Below, in pieces: positions 52,562-63,151 of a DNA stretch of 64,000 nucleotides; positions within the stretch are counted from its first letter, which is position 1; each line of letters starts with the position of its first letter. Under the pieces are notes generated by a model. The model was not told the DNA's origin. It did not search any database and was given only the letters and a program-made list of their open reading frames with translations. The DNA comes from an uncultured Candidatus Rokubacteria bacterium (GTDB lineage Bacteria > Methylomirabilota > Methylomirabilia > Rokubacteriales > CSP1-6). The position numbers were made by a program, and so were the translations under genes. Location of the stretch: positions 1-64,000 of the forward strand of contig CAVXJS010000016.1 in NCBI GenBank assembly GCA_963762145.1. The letters run 5' to 3'.

Positions 52562-53229
52562 CCGAGATAGCCGTGCGCGCGCAGGGTGTTCTCCACCCGC
52601 GCGCGGTGCTTGCGCTCCCACTCCGGCAGGCTCTGCGCCGCGGTCTCGGCCGCCCGGGCCCGCGCGTTCCGGAGCACCGTCTCCGCCCGGGCCCGCGGCA
52701 CCACCACGATGCCGTTGTCGTCGGCGACCAGCACGTCCCCCGGGTTGACCCGGACCCCGCCGCACGTGATGGATCCGCCGATCTCGCCGGGGCCTTCCTG
52801 ACGTCCCGGGATGGGCGAGACCCCGCGCGCGAAGACCGGGAAGCCCCGGCCGCGCGATTCCGCCACGTCGCGGACCACGCCGTCCACCACGAGGCCGGCC
52901 ACGCCGCGGCGCTGGGCCACCGCGCAGACGTTGCCGCCCGCCACCGCCATCCGATCGTCCCCCGCCTGGACCACGATGACGTCGCCCGGCTCCGCGTGAT
53001 AGATCGCGGTGTGGAGCATCAGGTTGTCGTACTTGACGGTGCGCACCGTGCAGGCCGGGCCCGCGATGCGCGGCATCGGCGCCCACAGGGGCCGGATCAC
53101 GTGGCGCATCACCGAGTCGACGGTGAGGAACTCGGCGAGCGCGGTGGTGGGCAGATCTTGAAGACCGGCGACCACGCGCTTCGGCGGCCGCTCCATCGTG
53201 AGCTTGAGCGAGGCGCTCCTCTTCCTCAT
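52558..53229 (-). CDS. RraA/HMG-aldolase family protein
   Basis: IAGPA.TV...DNL, PGDVIVV, DG.VRD and V.PGD...AD..G.VVVP. Confidence 0.85.
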   Translation of the reverse strand: MRKRSASLKLTMERPPKRVVAGLQDLPTTALAEFLTVDSVMRHVIRPLWAPMPRIAGPACTVRTVKYDNLMLHTAIYHAEPGDVIVVQAGDDRMAVAGGNVCAVAQRRGVAGLVVDGVVRDVAESRGRGFPVFARGVSPIPGRQEGPGEIGGSITCGGVRVNPGDVLVADDNGIVVVPRARAETVLRNARARAAETAAQSLPEWERKHRARVENTLRAHGYLG

Positions 53230-53233
53230 GGCC

Positions 53234-54067
53234 TCACTCCGAGAGCTTGAGCAGGAGGCCGGTCCGCCGGGATCGAGTGACCGCGGCGGCGAGCGCCCAG
53301 TGGGCGAGGACGGCGTAGAGGAGCGAGAGCGCGAAGCCGGTGGCGAAGGGATGGGCGAACTGGGGCGGGAAGCCGTACCCGACGCGGATGCCGTCGAGGA
53401 AGTAGGTCAGCGGGATCGCGGCGGAGATCGTCTGGACCCAGCCCGGTAGCACCGAGACCGGATAGTAGATGCCGCCCAGCATCACGAAGAAGTTCACCGC
53501 CGCCCACGCGGACGTCTCGGCGCGGGTGCCGAAGAGCAGCACGAGCGCGCAGACCAGGAGCCCGATCACGAGCGCGGTGAGGAAGCAGCCGAGGAGGAAG
53601 AGCGCGACCCGGAGAGGGCCGGGCCCGAGGAAGTCGAAGCCGAACGCGCGGCCCCCGATCAGCGCCATCAGGGCCCACACGATCACGCCTCGCCCCACCC
53701 CGACGATCCAGGAGCCGAGCGCCAGGTGGTGGATGCGCACCGGGGTGAGGAACTGGTGCTTCATGGACTTCGACCAGATGTCGAAGAGGACCGCGTAGGC
53801 GACGTCGAGCTGGCACACCTGGACCGCGGAGAGGGCGACGGTGCCGACCAGGATGAACGCGGTCATCTCGGGCGTCAGGTCCAGGAAGCGCGTGAGGAGG
53901 CCGTGCGAGAGCATGGCCACCCCCGGCCAGAACGTGAGCTCGAAGACGAAGAACACGTTCCGCCGGGCCATGATCAGGTTGCGGTAGGCGAAGGCGGTGA
54001 GCCGCGCCCACTCGGCGGCCCAGGACTCGGCCGCGCCCGCGGCCAGGCCCTCAGCGCGAGAGCTCAA
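53234..54067 (-). CDS. ABC-2 type transporter permease
   Basis: About 6 TM segments; GIYYPVSVLP.W...IPLTY. Confidence 0.85.
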   Translation of the reverse strand: MSSRAEGLAAGAAESWAAEWARLTAFAYRNLIMARRNVFFVFELTFWPGVAMLSHGLLTRFLDLTPEMTAFILVGTVALSAVQVCQLDVAYAVLFDIWSKSMKHQFLTPVRIHHLALGSWIVGVGRGVIVWALMALIGGRAFGFDFLGPGPLRVALFLLGCFLTALVIGLLVCALVLLFGTRAETSAWAAVNFFVMLGGIYYPVSVLPGWVQTISAAIPLTYFLDGIRVGYGFPPQFAHPFATGFALSLLYAVLAHWALAAAVTRSRRTGLLLKLSE

Positions 54068-55000
54068 CGAAGACCTCCTCGAGCTCGGGCTCGCGCACCT
54101 GGCAATCGCGGATGAGCACGCCGCGGTCGCAGAGCCACTTCAGGATGTCGGGCAGCCGCTTCTCCGAGGAGTCGACCGTGCAGTGGATCCGGTCCTCACG
54201 CCGCTGCACCGCCAGCACCCCCGGCAGGCTCGGCGAGGCCGTCGGGGACCGCGGGCTCGAGCCGGAGCGCGATCACGTCCCCGATGCGGATCTGCCGCTT
54301 GAGCTCGTCGGCCGAGCCCTCGGCGAGAATGCGCCCGCCCTTGATGAAGGCGATGCGGTCGCAGAGCTCCTCGGCTTCCCGCATGTAGTGGGTGGTCAGG
54401 ATGATGGTGGTGTTCCGCTCCCGGCGCAGCTCCGCGATCTGGGCCCGGATGCGGATCGACACGTCCGGATCGAGGCCGAGGGTCGGCTCGTCGAGGAAGA
54501 GGACCTCCGGATCGTTGAGGAGCGCCTTGGCGAGGGCGAGGCGCTGCTTGAGCCCGGTGGAGAGCTCGTTGTACTCGGTCTTGAGGTGCGACGTCAGCTC
54601 GAAGCGCTCGATCAGCTCGCTCGACGCGGTGCCGGAGCGCGCGCCCGTGGAGGCCGTAGAGCCGTCCGTAGAAGGCGAGCACCTCGGCCGGCCGCAGGCT
54701 CCACACGAACGACGCGTTGCCGCTCGCCATGTTGAGGCGCCGGCGGATCGCGAAGGCCTCGCGGACGACGTCGTGCCCCAGGATCGTGGCGGAGCCGCTG
54801 TCCGGTAGCAGCAGCGTCGCCAGGATGGAGAGCAGCGTGGTCTTGCCGGCCCCGTTGGGGCCCAGCAGGCCGTAGATGGCGCCGCGCGGGACCTGGAGGC
54901 TCGCGCCGCGCAGGGCGGCCGTCTCCCGGCGGCGGAACCATCCGCTGCGGAAGGTCTTGGTCAGATCACGCGCTTCGACGGCGAAGGACGACCCGGGCAT
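54051..55000 (-). CDS. ABC transporter ATP-binding protein (frameshifts near 54620 and 54220)
   Basis: GPNGAGKTT, LSTG.KQR, FLDEPTLGLD and TTHYM.EAE; ends ELEEVFVELSR*. Confidence 0.85.
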
Positions 55001-55103
55001 GGCCCGCTCATCGTACCACCGCGACGTTTGCCGACGCGCGGTCGATCTGGTAGAACCTCCCCGTGAAGCCGACGGGAGTGGCCCATGGCCCGGTGGTGGG
55101 CCG

Positions 55104-55520
55104 GTGACCTCAGACCACGAGCGGGCCGAGGTCGAGGAAGCGAACGCGCGGTTCTACCGCGTGTTCGAGACGCTGGATCTCCAGCAGATGGACGAGATCT
55201 GGGCGCACGAGGAGCACGTGCGCTGCGTGCATCCCGGCTGGTGCATGCTCGCGGGCTGGGCCGCGGTGCGGCACTCCTGGGAGGTCATCTTCAAGAACAG
55301 TCAGGAGATGCGCTTCAGTATCACCGACGTCCACGCGCACGTGGAGGGCGCCTTCGGCTGGGTGACCTGCACCGAGAACATCCTCTCCGAGTCGCGCGGC
55401 AACATCTCGGTCACCTCGGTCCTGGCTACCAACATCTTCGAGCGAATCGGCGGAGAGTGGCTCGTCATCCACCACCACGCCTCCCACATCCTGGCCGGGG
55501 ATCCGTCGGCGAACGCGTGA
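55104..55520 (+). CDS. SnoaL-like/NTF2 family protein
   Basis: ANARFY, CVHPGW, ATNIF...GEW...HHH.S. Confidence 0.85.
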   Translation: MTSDHERAEVEEANARFYRVFETLDLQQMDEIWAHEEHVRCVHPGWCMLAGWAAVRHSWEVIFKNSQEMRFSITDVHAHVEGAFGWVTCTENILSESRGNISVTSVLATNIFERIGGEWLVIHHHASHILAGDPSANA

Positions 55521-55540
55521 CCGCGCGGGAAGGAGAACGC

Positions 55541-55891
55541 ATGGACTCCATGGCCAAGGACTCCCTGAAGGACGCGAGCCATCTCTACGAGGTCGAGCGC
55601 CGCGCGCGCCACGCCGAGCGGCCCGGGTTCCGGATCACCGAGCTCCAGATCGGTCCCCGGCAGCAGGTGCCGTGGCACTACCACACGAGCATCCGGGACA
55701 CGTTCTACGTCCTGCAAGGGCACCTGCGCCTCTTCCTGCGCGATCCGAAGGAGGAGGTCCGGCTCGAGCCCGGCGAGTCCTACGCGGTGCGGGCCGGGCG
55801 CCCGCACCTGGTCACCAACGGCGGCGAGGCGTCCGCGGTCTTCCTCGTCCTGCAGGGAGTCGGCGAGTACGACTATGTCCCGCTGACCTGA
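55541..55891 (+). CDS. Cupin domain protein
   Basis: PWHYH...D.FYVL.G and PH.V.N; AGGAGA SD. Confidence 0.85.
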   Translation: MDSMAKDSLKDASHLYEVERRARHAERPGFRITELQIGPRQQVPWHYHTSIRDTFYVLQGHLRLFLRDPKEEVRLEPGESYAVRAGRPHLVTNGGEASAVFLVLQGVGEYDYVPLT

Positions 55892-55946
55892 CACGGAGCG
55901 GTGGTGCCCCTGACCGGACGCGGGGCGGGCGTACCCGCCGCCCCGG

Positions 55947-57516
55947 TTAGAGCCGGCGCAGGAGCAGGTGCGGGCCGCCCTGGGCCGCCACCGCGTAGCG
56001 CCGCTCGACCCCTCCCACCGCGATGGTCACGCTGCTCCCGTCCCGCGTCAGCGTCACGCCGGGCAGGTTCCGCCACGGATAGCTGTCGAGATTCACGAGG
56101 ACGTAGTCGCTCTTCTCGATGCCGACCGGAAACACGAAGACGAGCGGCCGTAGGCTGAGATGCGGCACGTAGGGATCCTGGGCCGAGACCGCGGCGGCGG
56201 GAGGAACCCGTGCCAGCACCTGGTAGGCCGCGCGCGCTTCCGGGACGGGCCAGAAACGGGCGATCGCGAGGTTGTTCACGCTGCGCGAGGCGAGCGCGAG
56301 GCTCGCCACCATCGCCACCACCAGCACCGCTACCGGCCAGGCCCCCGCCCGGCGCTTCGCGAGGCGCGCGTAGCCGCCGATCGCGGCCAGGATCACGAAG
56401 GGCAGGACGAAGGACTGGTACTGGGTCCGGAAGCCGTAGAGCACCGGGTCCTGGCCGAGAAGGTTCTGGGCCAGCGCGGGAAGCACGCCGAGCAGATCCC
56501 AGCCGCCCAGGAGCGGCAGGAAGGCGAGCGGGGCCAGCATCGCGGCGATGTACACCGCGCGGTCGACGGTGAGCAGCGTCGCGAGCGGGCGCAGCGGATG
56601 CAGGATCGCGTTCAGCGATGATCTCGGGCAGCGAGCCGCCGAGGTGGGTGTAGCGCGCGAGATGCGAGTAGGACTCCCCGCGATAGGCCGGGATGATCCA
56701 GCGCACGTCCACTGCGAGCACAACCAGCGCGGCGACGGCGGTGAGCGTGCCGGTGAGGCGGAGCCGGTGCCTCACGGCCATCCACGCGCCGAGCCCCATG
56801 ACCGGGAGCGCGGCGTCTTCCCGGCAGAGGAGCGTGAGCGCGGCGGGCAGGAGCGCCAGCCGCGGCCGGCCCGCCTCCACCGCCCAGAAGGCGGCCAGGA
56901 GGAGCGGGATCGCGAGCGCGGCCGCGTGAAAGTCGCGCACGTTGATCCCGTGGAGCGACGGGTTGGCCAGGTAGAGCAGCGCGAATGCGGCGGCGGGGCG
57001 CTCGTCGCCGAGCCGCGCCCGGGCCAGGCCGAACACCGCGACGCCGCCCAGCGCCAGGGCGACCGACTGCGCCACGAGCAGGACCACCGGGCCCGGTACC
57101 AGCCAGTAGGCGGGCACGAGGAGATACATGATCGGCGAGAGGTGGTCGCCCCAGGCGTGCATCTCGGGCAGGCTCACGTACGGGCCCGCTCCCCGGGCCA
57201 GGTTCCAGACGAGCTGGACGTAGTAGCCGAGATCGAGCGCGTGGGTCGCGAAGGTCAGGTGGCGGGTGACCGTGATGAACGAGAACACGAGCGCGTAGGC
57301 CGCCACCCCGACCAGGACGGCCCGGCGAGGCCGCACCGCGGGCAGCGGGCGCGGCGCCAGCCACACCCGCACGGCCACGAGTCCCAGGAGCAGGAGGAAG
57401 AAGTGCTCGGGCCGCCAGGGCCAGTGCTCGCGCCGCCCCGTCCAGAATACGAGCGTCAGACCCAGCCCGGTCGCGGTCAGGACGGCCGCGCCGTCGAGCA
57501 GCCGGGCGACGGTCAC
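55947..57516 (-). CDS. DUF2079-family membrane protein, putative GT-C (frameshift near 56620)
   Basis: DLGYY.Q..WN, GDH.SPI, LL..Q, DFH, RED and QY motifs; many TM segments. Confidence 0.72.
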
Positions 57517-58331
57517 CGGGGGTCGGCCGGAGGGGACGAGCCGGCCCGCCCGAGGCGACTGTAGCGACCGGCGATGGAGCCGAGCCGGCGGGAGCGCTTG
57601 AGCCCGGTCCGGTGGAGCAGGTAGCGCGCGACCACCCAGAGGATCTTGAAGCCGTAGACGCAGGACGCGCCGAAGCTCGCCGAGGAGGCCTCGGGAAAAT
57701 ACCGGACCGGCACCGGGATCTCCGCGATGCGGAACCCGGTGGCCACCACCTGGGCGACGATCTCCTGGTCGAAGACGAAGCCGTCCGAGTTCATGCGGAA
57801 GTTGACCGCGTCGAGCGCGTCCCGGCTGAACGCGCGGTACCCGGTGTGATACTCCGACAGCCGGAGTCCGAAGGCCACGTTCTCCACCCCGGTCAGGAAC
57901 CGGTTGGCCACGTACTTCCACCACGGCATCCCCTGCTCGATCGCCGAGCCGCCGCCCGCGAGCCGGGAGCCCAGGACCAGGTCGGCGTCCCCCTGCTCGA
58001 TGGGCGCGATGATCTTGGGTACCAGGGTGGGATCGTACTGATAGTCGGGGTGGACCATCACCACGATGTCGGCGCCCGCCTTGAGGGCCTCGGTGTAACA
58101 GGTCTTCTGGTTGGCGCCGTAGCCGTAGTTGCGGTCGTGCACGAAGATCTCGAGCCCGAGCTCGCGCGCGACCTCCAGGGTGGCGTCGGTCGAGCCGTCG
58201 TCCACCAGGATGACCAGGTTGACGGTGTCCTTGGGCAATTCCTCGTAGGTCATGCGAAGCGTCCGGCCCGCGTTGTACGCGGGCATCACCACCACGACCT
58301 TCGGAGCGCCCTTCGAGGACGGCCCGGGCAT
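57513..58331 (-). CDS. GT2 glycosyltransferase (polyprenol-phosphate sugar synthase-like)
   Basis: VMPAYN, LVDDGS.D, NYGYGANQK, HPDYQY and HTGYRAF. Confidence 0.9.
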   Translation of the reverse strand: MPGPSSKGAPKVVVVMPAYNAGRTLRMTYEELPKDTVNLVILVDDGSTDATLEVARELGLEIFVHDRNYGYGANQKTCYTEALKAGADIVVMVHPDYQYDPTLVPKIIAPIEQGDADLVLGSRLAGGGSAIEQGMPWWKYVANRFLTGVENVAFGLRLSEYHTGYRAFSRDALDAVNFRMNSDGFVFDQEIVAQVVATGFRIAEIPVPVRYFPEASSASFGASCVYGFKILWVVARYLLHRTGLKRSRRLGSIAGRYSRLGRAGSSPPADPR

Positions 58332-59006
58332 CTAGCCGCTCCCCGCGCGGCAGATCGCGACGAACTGGTAGGCGAGCCCGCCCGGCCAGCCCCGCGCGGC
58401 CCCCGCGCTGAGCGCGTGCACGCCCGAGAGCAGGCGCCCGTGCCAGCGCGGCGGCACCACGAGCGGGAGCGGCACCGGCGTGACCGCGAGCTCGTCCACG
58501 CGGAGCCCCGCCGAGCGCAGGAGGTCGAGGAAGGTCCTCCGCGTGAAGAAGCGGAGGTGGGTGCGGTCCAGGATGCCGCGGTCCGCGTAGTCGAAGCGGC
58601 CGGCGAGGAGGGACAGACGCACCCAGAGGTGCGCCACGTTGGGCACCGAGACGATCACGGTGCCCCCGGGCGCGAGGGTCTCGTCGAGCGCCCGCAGCAC
58701 CGCGGCCGGATCGCTGACGTGCTCGAGCACGTCGCCGTAGACGATCGCCTCGAAGGGACCGTGCAGGAGCGGCGGCGCCGACTCCAGGTCGGCTACCACG
58801 ACTTCCTTGCACCGCCCGTGCGCCCGCGCGGCCAGCTCCGGGTCACGCTCGAGCGCGGTCACGCTCCAGCCCTGGGCGGTGAGACGCTCCGCGAGGAAGC
58901 CGTCGGCCGCGCCCACGTCGAGCGCTCGGCGTCCACGGCCCTCGCCGAGTCGCGCCAGGATGACGGAGTGGCTCGAGTGCGGGTCGTTCTTCAGGCGGTA
59001 GGTCAT
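58332..59006 (-). CDS. Class I SAM methyltransferase (glycan-cluster type)
   Basis: LDVGAA.G, DVLEH..DP, SVPN.AH and GILD.THLRFFT. Confidence 0.88.
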   Translation of the reverse strand: MTYRLKNDPHSSHSVILARLGEGRGRRALDVGAADGFLAERLTAQGWSVTALERDPELAARAHGRCKEVVVADLESAPPLLHGPFEAIVYGDVLEHVSDPAAVLRALDETLAPGGTVIVSVPNVAHLWVRLSLLAGRFDYADRGILDRTHLRFFTRRTFLDLLRSAGLRVDELAVTPVPLPLVVPPRWHGRLLSGVHALSAGAARGWPGGLAYQFVAICRAGSG

Positions 59007-59106
59007 GTCTGGGGCGCCATTCCCCCTTCTTCGGAGCTAGGATAGCACCGGCGATGCTCACGGCCGGTTGGAATAGAGCCGTCGCCCGACGAGGGCGCGT
59101 CGGGCG

Positions 59107-59844
59107 CTACCGGTCGACCCGGACCACCGCGTCCAGGGGAAGGTGGCCCAGGAAGTCGGTGACCGCGTCGTCGAGATAGCCGCGGTCCTTGGACTCCAGC
59201 GTGACCTTCACCTTGTACTCCGGGTTGGAGAACTCGGGATACGAGCCCAGGAGCAGATCCGGATGGCCGGCGAGCAGCGCGTTGAGGTGATCGGCGAGCG
59301 TGCCCTCCCCCATGCTCACGTAGACGCAGCAGAGATGGAACGGGGTGTCGCGGAAGCGCTCCTTGAGCGCGTCGAACTTCTGGCGGAAGATCTCGGGCAC
59401 ACCGGGCAGGATGTAGATGTTCCGCACCACCACCGCGGGGAACACGAGCTCGCCGTCCGCGGTCAGCTCCGCGCCCTCCGGCACTTCCGCCATCTTGAGC
59501 CGGGCCTCGTTGAGCTGGCCCCGGCCCTTGAAATAGGCCTCGAGCACACGGACCAGCCGCGGCTCGCGCACCACCCGGACCCCGAGGGCCCGCGCGACGC
59601 CCTCGATCGTGACGTCGTCGTGGGTGGGGCCGACCCCGCCCGAGGTGAACACCACGTCGTAGGCCGAGCTGAAGGCGCGCACCTCGGCCGCGATGAGGTC
59701 CACCTCGTCGGGGATGACGGTGATGCGGCGGACCTCCACGCCGAGCGCCCGCAGCTCGCGGCAGAGGTAGGCGGCGTTGGCGTCGGTGATCTTGCCCGAG
59801 AGGATCTCGTTGCCGATCAACAGGATGCCGGCCGTTTTCGCCAT
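59107..59844 (-). CDS. CinA N-terminal-like molybdopterin-binding (COG1058) protein
   Basis: IGNEILSG...D.N, TSGGVGPTHDD.T, LPGVP and GSYP. Confidence 0.88.
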   Translation of the reverse strand: MAKTAGILLIGNEILSGKITDANAAYLCRELRALGVEVRRITVIPDEVDLIAAEVRAFSSAYDVVFTSGGVGPTHDDVTIEGVARALGVRVVREPRLVRVLEAYFKGRGQLNEARLKMAEVPEGAELTADGELVFPAVVVRNIYILPGVPEIFRQKFDALKERFRDTPFHLCCVYVSMGEGTLADHLNALLAGHPDLLLGSYPEFSNPEYKVKVTLESKDRGYLDDAVTDFLGHLPLDAVVRVDR

Positions 59845-59930
59845 GGGCGAGCCACATCGTAGCATGTGGGGAGTTCTGATAGAATGGGTCGCGCTCCGAC
59901 GGGCGACTCTCCCTCGCATAGAGGAATGCC

Positions 59931-60749
59931 ATGACCACCGACGCCTCTCCGATCACGCTGCGTGGCTGGGCTCTGATCCTGGGCGCCTCCTCCGGCTTCG
60001 GCGCCGCCACGAGCCTGGCGCTCGCGCGCGCGGGGCTCGACGTGTTCGGCGTCCATCTCGATCGCAAGTCCACCTTGCCCAACGTCGAGCGCCTGGCCGC
60101 CGAGATCAAGAGCCTCGGGCGCGAGGCCCGCTTCTTCAACGTCAATGCGGCCGACGAGGAGAAGCGCGCGGAGGTCGCGACCGAGATGGAGCGGGTGCTC
60201 CGCGAGCGCGACCAGATGGGCCAGGTGCGGGTCATGCTGCACTCCCTCGCCTTCGGCACCCTCAAGCTCTTCGTGGCCGACCCGATCAAGGAGGCGGTGA
60301 CCAAGGCCCAGATGGACATGACGCTCGACGTGATGGCCCACAGCCTCATCTACTGGGCGCAGGAGCTGGTCGGGCGCGGCCTCATGGGCCGCGGGGGCCG
60401 CATCTACGCGATGACCTCGTCGGGCGGGGCGCGCGTGCTGCCCTACTACGGGCCGGTCTCGGCGGCCAAGGCCGCGCTGGAGTCGAACATCCGTCAGCTC
60501 GCGGCCGAGCTGGCTCCCCACGGCGTCACCGCCAACTCGATCCGCGCCGGGGTGACCGCGACCCCCGCGGCCCAGAAGATCCCCAACTACGAGGAGTTCT
60601 CCCAGCAGGCCGCGCGGCGCAATCCGCATCGCCGGCTCACCACCACCGACGACGTGGCCCGCGCCATCGTGGTGCTGAGTCATCCCGACACGCACTGGAT
60701 CACCGGCAACGTGATCGGGGTCGACGGCGGCGAAGAGATCGTGGGCTGA
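59931..60749 (+). CDS. Enoyl-ACP reductase-like SDR (FabL-like)
   Basis: [26 protein letters not shown] and GVT.TPA. Confidence 0.8.
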   Translation: MTTDASPITLRGWALILGASSGFGAATSLALARAGLDVFGVHLDRKSTLPNVERLAAEIKSLGREARFFNVNAADEEKRAEVATEMERVLRERDQMGQVRVMLHSLAFGTLKLFVADPIKEAVTKAQMDMTLDVMAHSLIYWAQELVGRGLMGRGGRIYAMTSSGGARVLPYYGPVSAAKAALESNIRQLAAELAPHGVTANSIRAGVTATPAAQKIPNYEEFSQQAARRNPHRRLTTTDDVARAIVVLSHPDTHWITGNVIGVDGGEEIVG

Positions 60750-60756
60750 CCGGCCG

Positions 60757-61546
60757 GTGCCTGCATGGCTGGCCGTCACCATCCTGGGGATCATCGAGGG
60801 CGTGACCGAATTCCTGCCCATCTCCTCGACCGGGCACCTGCTCCTGGTCGAGAACGCGGGCTGGCTTCCGCGCCAGTCCGATCTCTTCAACATCACGATC
60901 CAGTCCGGCGCGGCCCTCGCGGTGCTGCTGGCCTTCGGCGGACGCCTGCGCGACTTGCTGGGGCGATGGGACGAGCCGGCGGCGCGCGGCGTATCTCCTG
61001 AAGCTCGCGCTGGCCTTCGTGATCACCGGCGCGGGCGGGCTTGCCCTCAAGCGGCTCGGCTTCGGCCTGCCGAAGGAGACCGCGCCCATCGCCTGGGCCA
61101 CCCTGATCGGCGGGGTCGTGATTCTGGCGGTGGAATGGTCGCTCCGGGCGCGACCGTCCGTCTCCCAGGTGAGCTGGGCGATGGCGGTCGCGGTTGCGAT
61201 GGGGCAGCTGCTCGCCGCGATGTTCCCCGGTACGTCGCGCTCCGCCGCCACCATCCTGCTCATCATGCTGCTGGGGCTGAGTCGGCCCGTCGCGACCGAG
61301 TTCTCGTTCCTGGTCGGCGTGCCCACGCTCCTCTCGGCGGGCGGGCTCGAGATGATGCAGGCTCTCCGTCATTCCACCGGCCCGCCGACGGACTGGGGGC
61401 TCCTGGCGCTGGGCACGCTGGTCTCCGCGGTGACCGCCTTCGGGGCGGTGCGCTGGCTGCTCCGGTGGATCCAGACGCACAGCTTCGTCCCGTTCGGATG
61501 GTACCGGGTGGCGCTCGGTCTCGTCCTGCTGACCCGGCTCGGCTGA
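60757..61546 (+). CDS. uppP: Undecaprenyl-diphosphate phosphatase (frameshift near 60985)
   Basis: [33 protein letters not shown] and FGWYR. Confidence 0.9.
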
Positions 61547-61574
61547 GCCGGCCCGACTGGAGGTAGTCGACGCG

Positions 61575-63053
61575 ATGGCGCACGACGTGGTGGTGATCGG
61601 CGGCGGCAATGCGGCTCTCTGCGCGGCGCTCGCCGCGCGCGAGGGCGGAGCCTCGGTGCTGGTGCTCGAGAAGGCGCCGGAGTCCGAGCGGGGCGGCAAC
61701 TCCTTCTTCACCGCGGGCGGGTTCCGCTTCGCCCACCACGGCCTCGAGGATCTCCGGCGCGACGTCATCCCCGACCTGAGCGACGAGGAGGCGCGGACCA
61801 TCACCATCCCCGCCTACACCGAGGACCAGTACTACGACGACATCATGCGCGTCACCGAGGGTCGCTCCGATCTCGACCTGGCCCAGCACCTGGTGCAGCG
61901 CTCGAAGCCGACCGTGATGTGGATGCGCACCCAGGGCATCCGCTGGATCCTCATGTTCAGCCGGCAGTCCTACAAGGTTGGCGACCGCCACCACTTCTGG
62001 GGCGGCCTCAACCTCGAGGCGGTGGGCGGCGGGCCGGGCCTGGTCGAAGCGCTCTTCGAGCGGGCGGCCAAGGTGGGCATCGAGGTGCGCTACGGGATGG
62101 CCGGGCACCAGCTGATCCAGGACGCATCCGGCCGCGTGACCGGGGTCAGGGTCCGCAGCGCCACGGGCTCGAGCGAGATCCCCTGCCGCGCGGTGGTCAT
62201 CGCGTCGGGCGGCTTCGAGGCCAACCCCGAGTGGCGCACCCGCTACCTGGGCCCCAACTGGGACCTCGCGCGCGTGCGGGGCACCCGCCACAACGTGGGC
62301 GAGGGCATCGCGATGGCGCTCGAGATCGGGGCGCAGGCCTACGGCCACTGGTCGTCCTGCCACGCGGTGGCGTGGGATCTCAACGCGCCCGCCTTCGGCG
62401 ATCGGCGCGTGGGCGACATGTTCCAGAAGCACTCGTACCCGCTCGGGCTGATCGTCAACGTGCGCGGCGAGCGCTTCGTGGACGAGGGCGCCGACTTCCG
62501 CAACTACACCTACGCGAAGTACGGGCGCGAGATCCTGCGCCAGCCGCAGGAGGCCGCCTTCCAGATCTTCGACCAGAAGACGGTGGAGCTGCTGCGCGAG
62601 GAGTACCGCATCCGCGAGATCACCAAGGCCGAGGCGGGCACCATCGAGGAGCTGGCCAAGAAGCTCGAGATCAACCCGGAAGGGCTGGCCCGCACCGTGC
62701 GCGAGTTCAACGGGGCGGTGATGGACCAGGTGCCGTTCAACCCCGCGGTGCTCGACGGCCGGGGCACGCGCGGTATCAGCCCGCCCAAGTCCAACTGGGC
62801 GCAGCGGCTCGACAGCCCGCCCTACGTGGGCTTCGGGGTCACGTGCGGGATCACGTTCACCTTCGGCGGCCTGCGGGTGGACACGCGCGCCCAGGTGCTC
62901 GACACGTGGGACCGGCCCATCCCGGGCCTCTACGCGGCGGGCGAGCTGGTGGGCGGGCTCTTCTACCACAACTACCCGGGCGGCACCGGCCTCATGTCGG
63001 GCGCCGTCTTCGGCAAGACCGCGGGCGACTCCGTCGCCGCCGACCTCAAATAG
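61575..63053 (+). CDS. tcuA: TcuA/CobZ-like FAD-dependent dehydrogenase
   Basis: GGGNAALCAA, GGNS.FT.G, GGFEAN, RFVDEG.D....YAK.G, ITFTFGGL and NYPGG.GL. Confidence 0.8.
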   Translation: MAHDVVVIGGGNAALCAALAAREGGASVLVLEKAPESERGGNSFFTAGGFRFAHHGLEDLRRDVIPDLSDEEARTITIPAYTEDQYYDDIMRVTEGRSDLDLAQHLVQRSKPTVMWMRTQGIRWILMFSRQSYKVGDRHHFWGGLNLEAVGGGPGLVEALFERAAKVGIEVRYGMAGHQLIQDASGRVTGVRVRSATGSSEIPCRAVVIASGGFEANPEWRTRYLGPNWDLARVRGTRHNVGEGIAMALEIGAQAYGHWSSCHAVAWDLNAPAFGDRRVGDMFQKHSYPLGLIVNVRGERFVDEGADFRNYTYAKYGREILRQPQEAAFQIFDQKTVELLREEYRIREITKAEAGTIEELAKKLEINPEGLARTVREFNGAVMDQVPFNPAVLDGRGTRGISPPKSNWAQRLDSPPYVGFGVTCGITFTFGGLRVDTRAQVLDTWDRPIPGLYAAGELVGGLFYHNYPGGTGLMSGAVFGKTAGDSVAADLK

Positions 63054-63136
63054 GGGTCAGGTCTTGAATTACGACATTTTCGGCACGCGAGGACACATCT
63101 CCCGCGGACAAATGTCGTAATTCAAGACCTGACCCC
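63053..63136. repeat. Perfect 27-bp inverted repeat around a 30-bp spacer (REP/REPIN- or MITE-like)
   Basis: GGGGTCAGGTCTTGAATTACGACATTT (63053-63079) and AAATGTCGTAATTCAAGACCTGACCCC (63110-63136). Confidence 0.92.
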
Positions 63137-63151
63137 AGATCGGCGCCGCCC

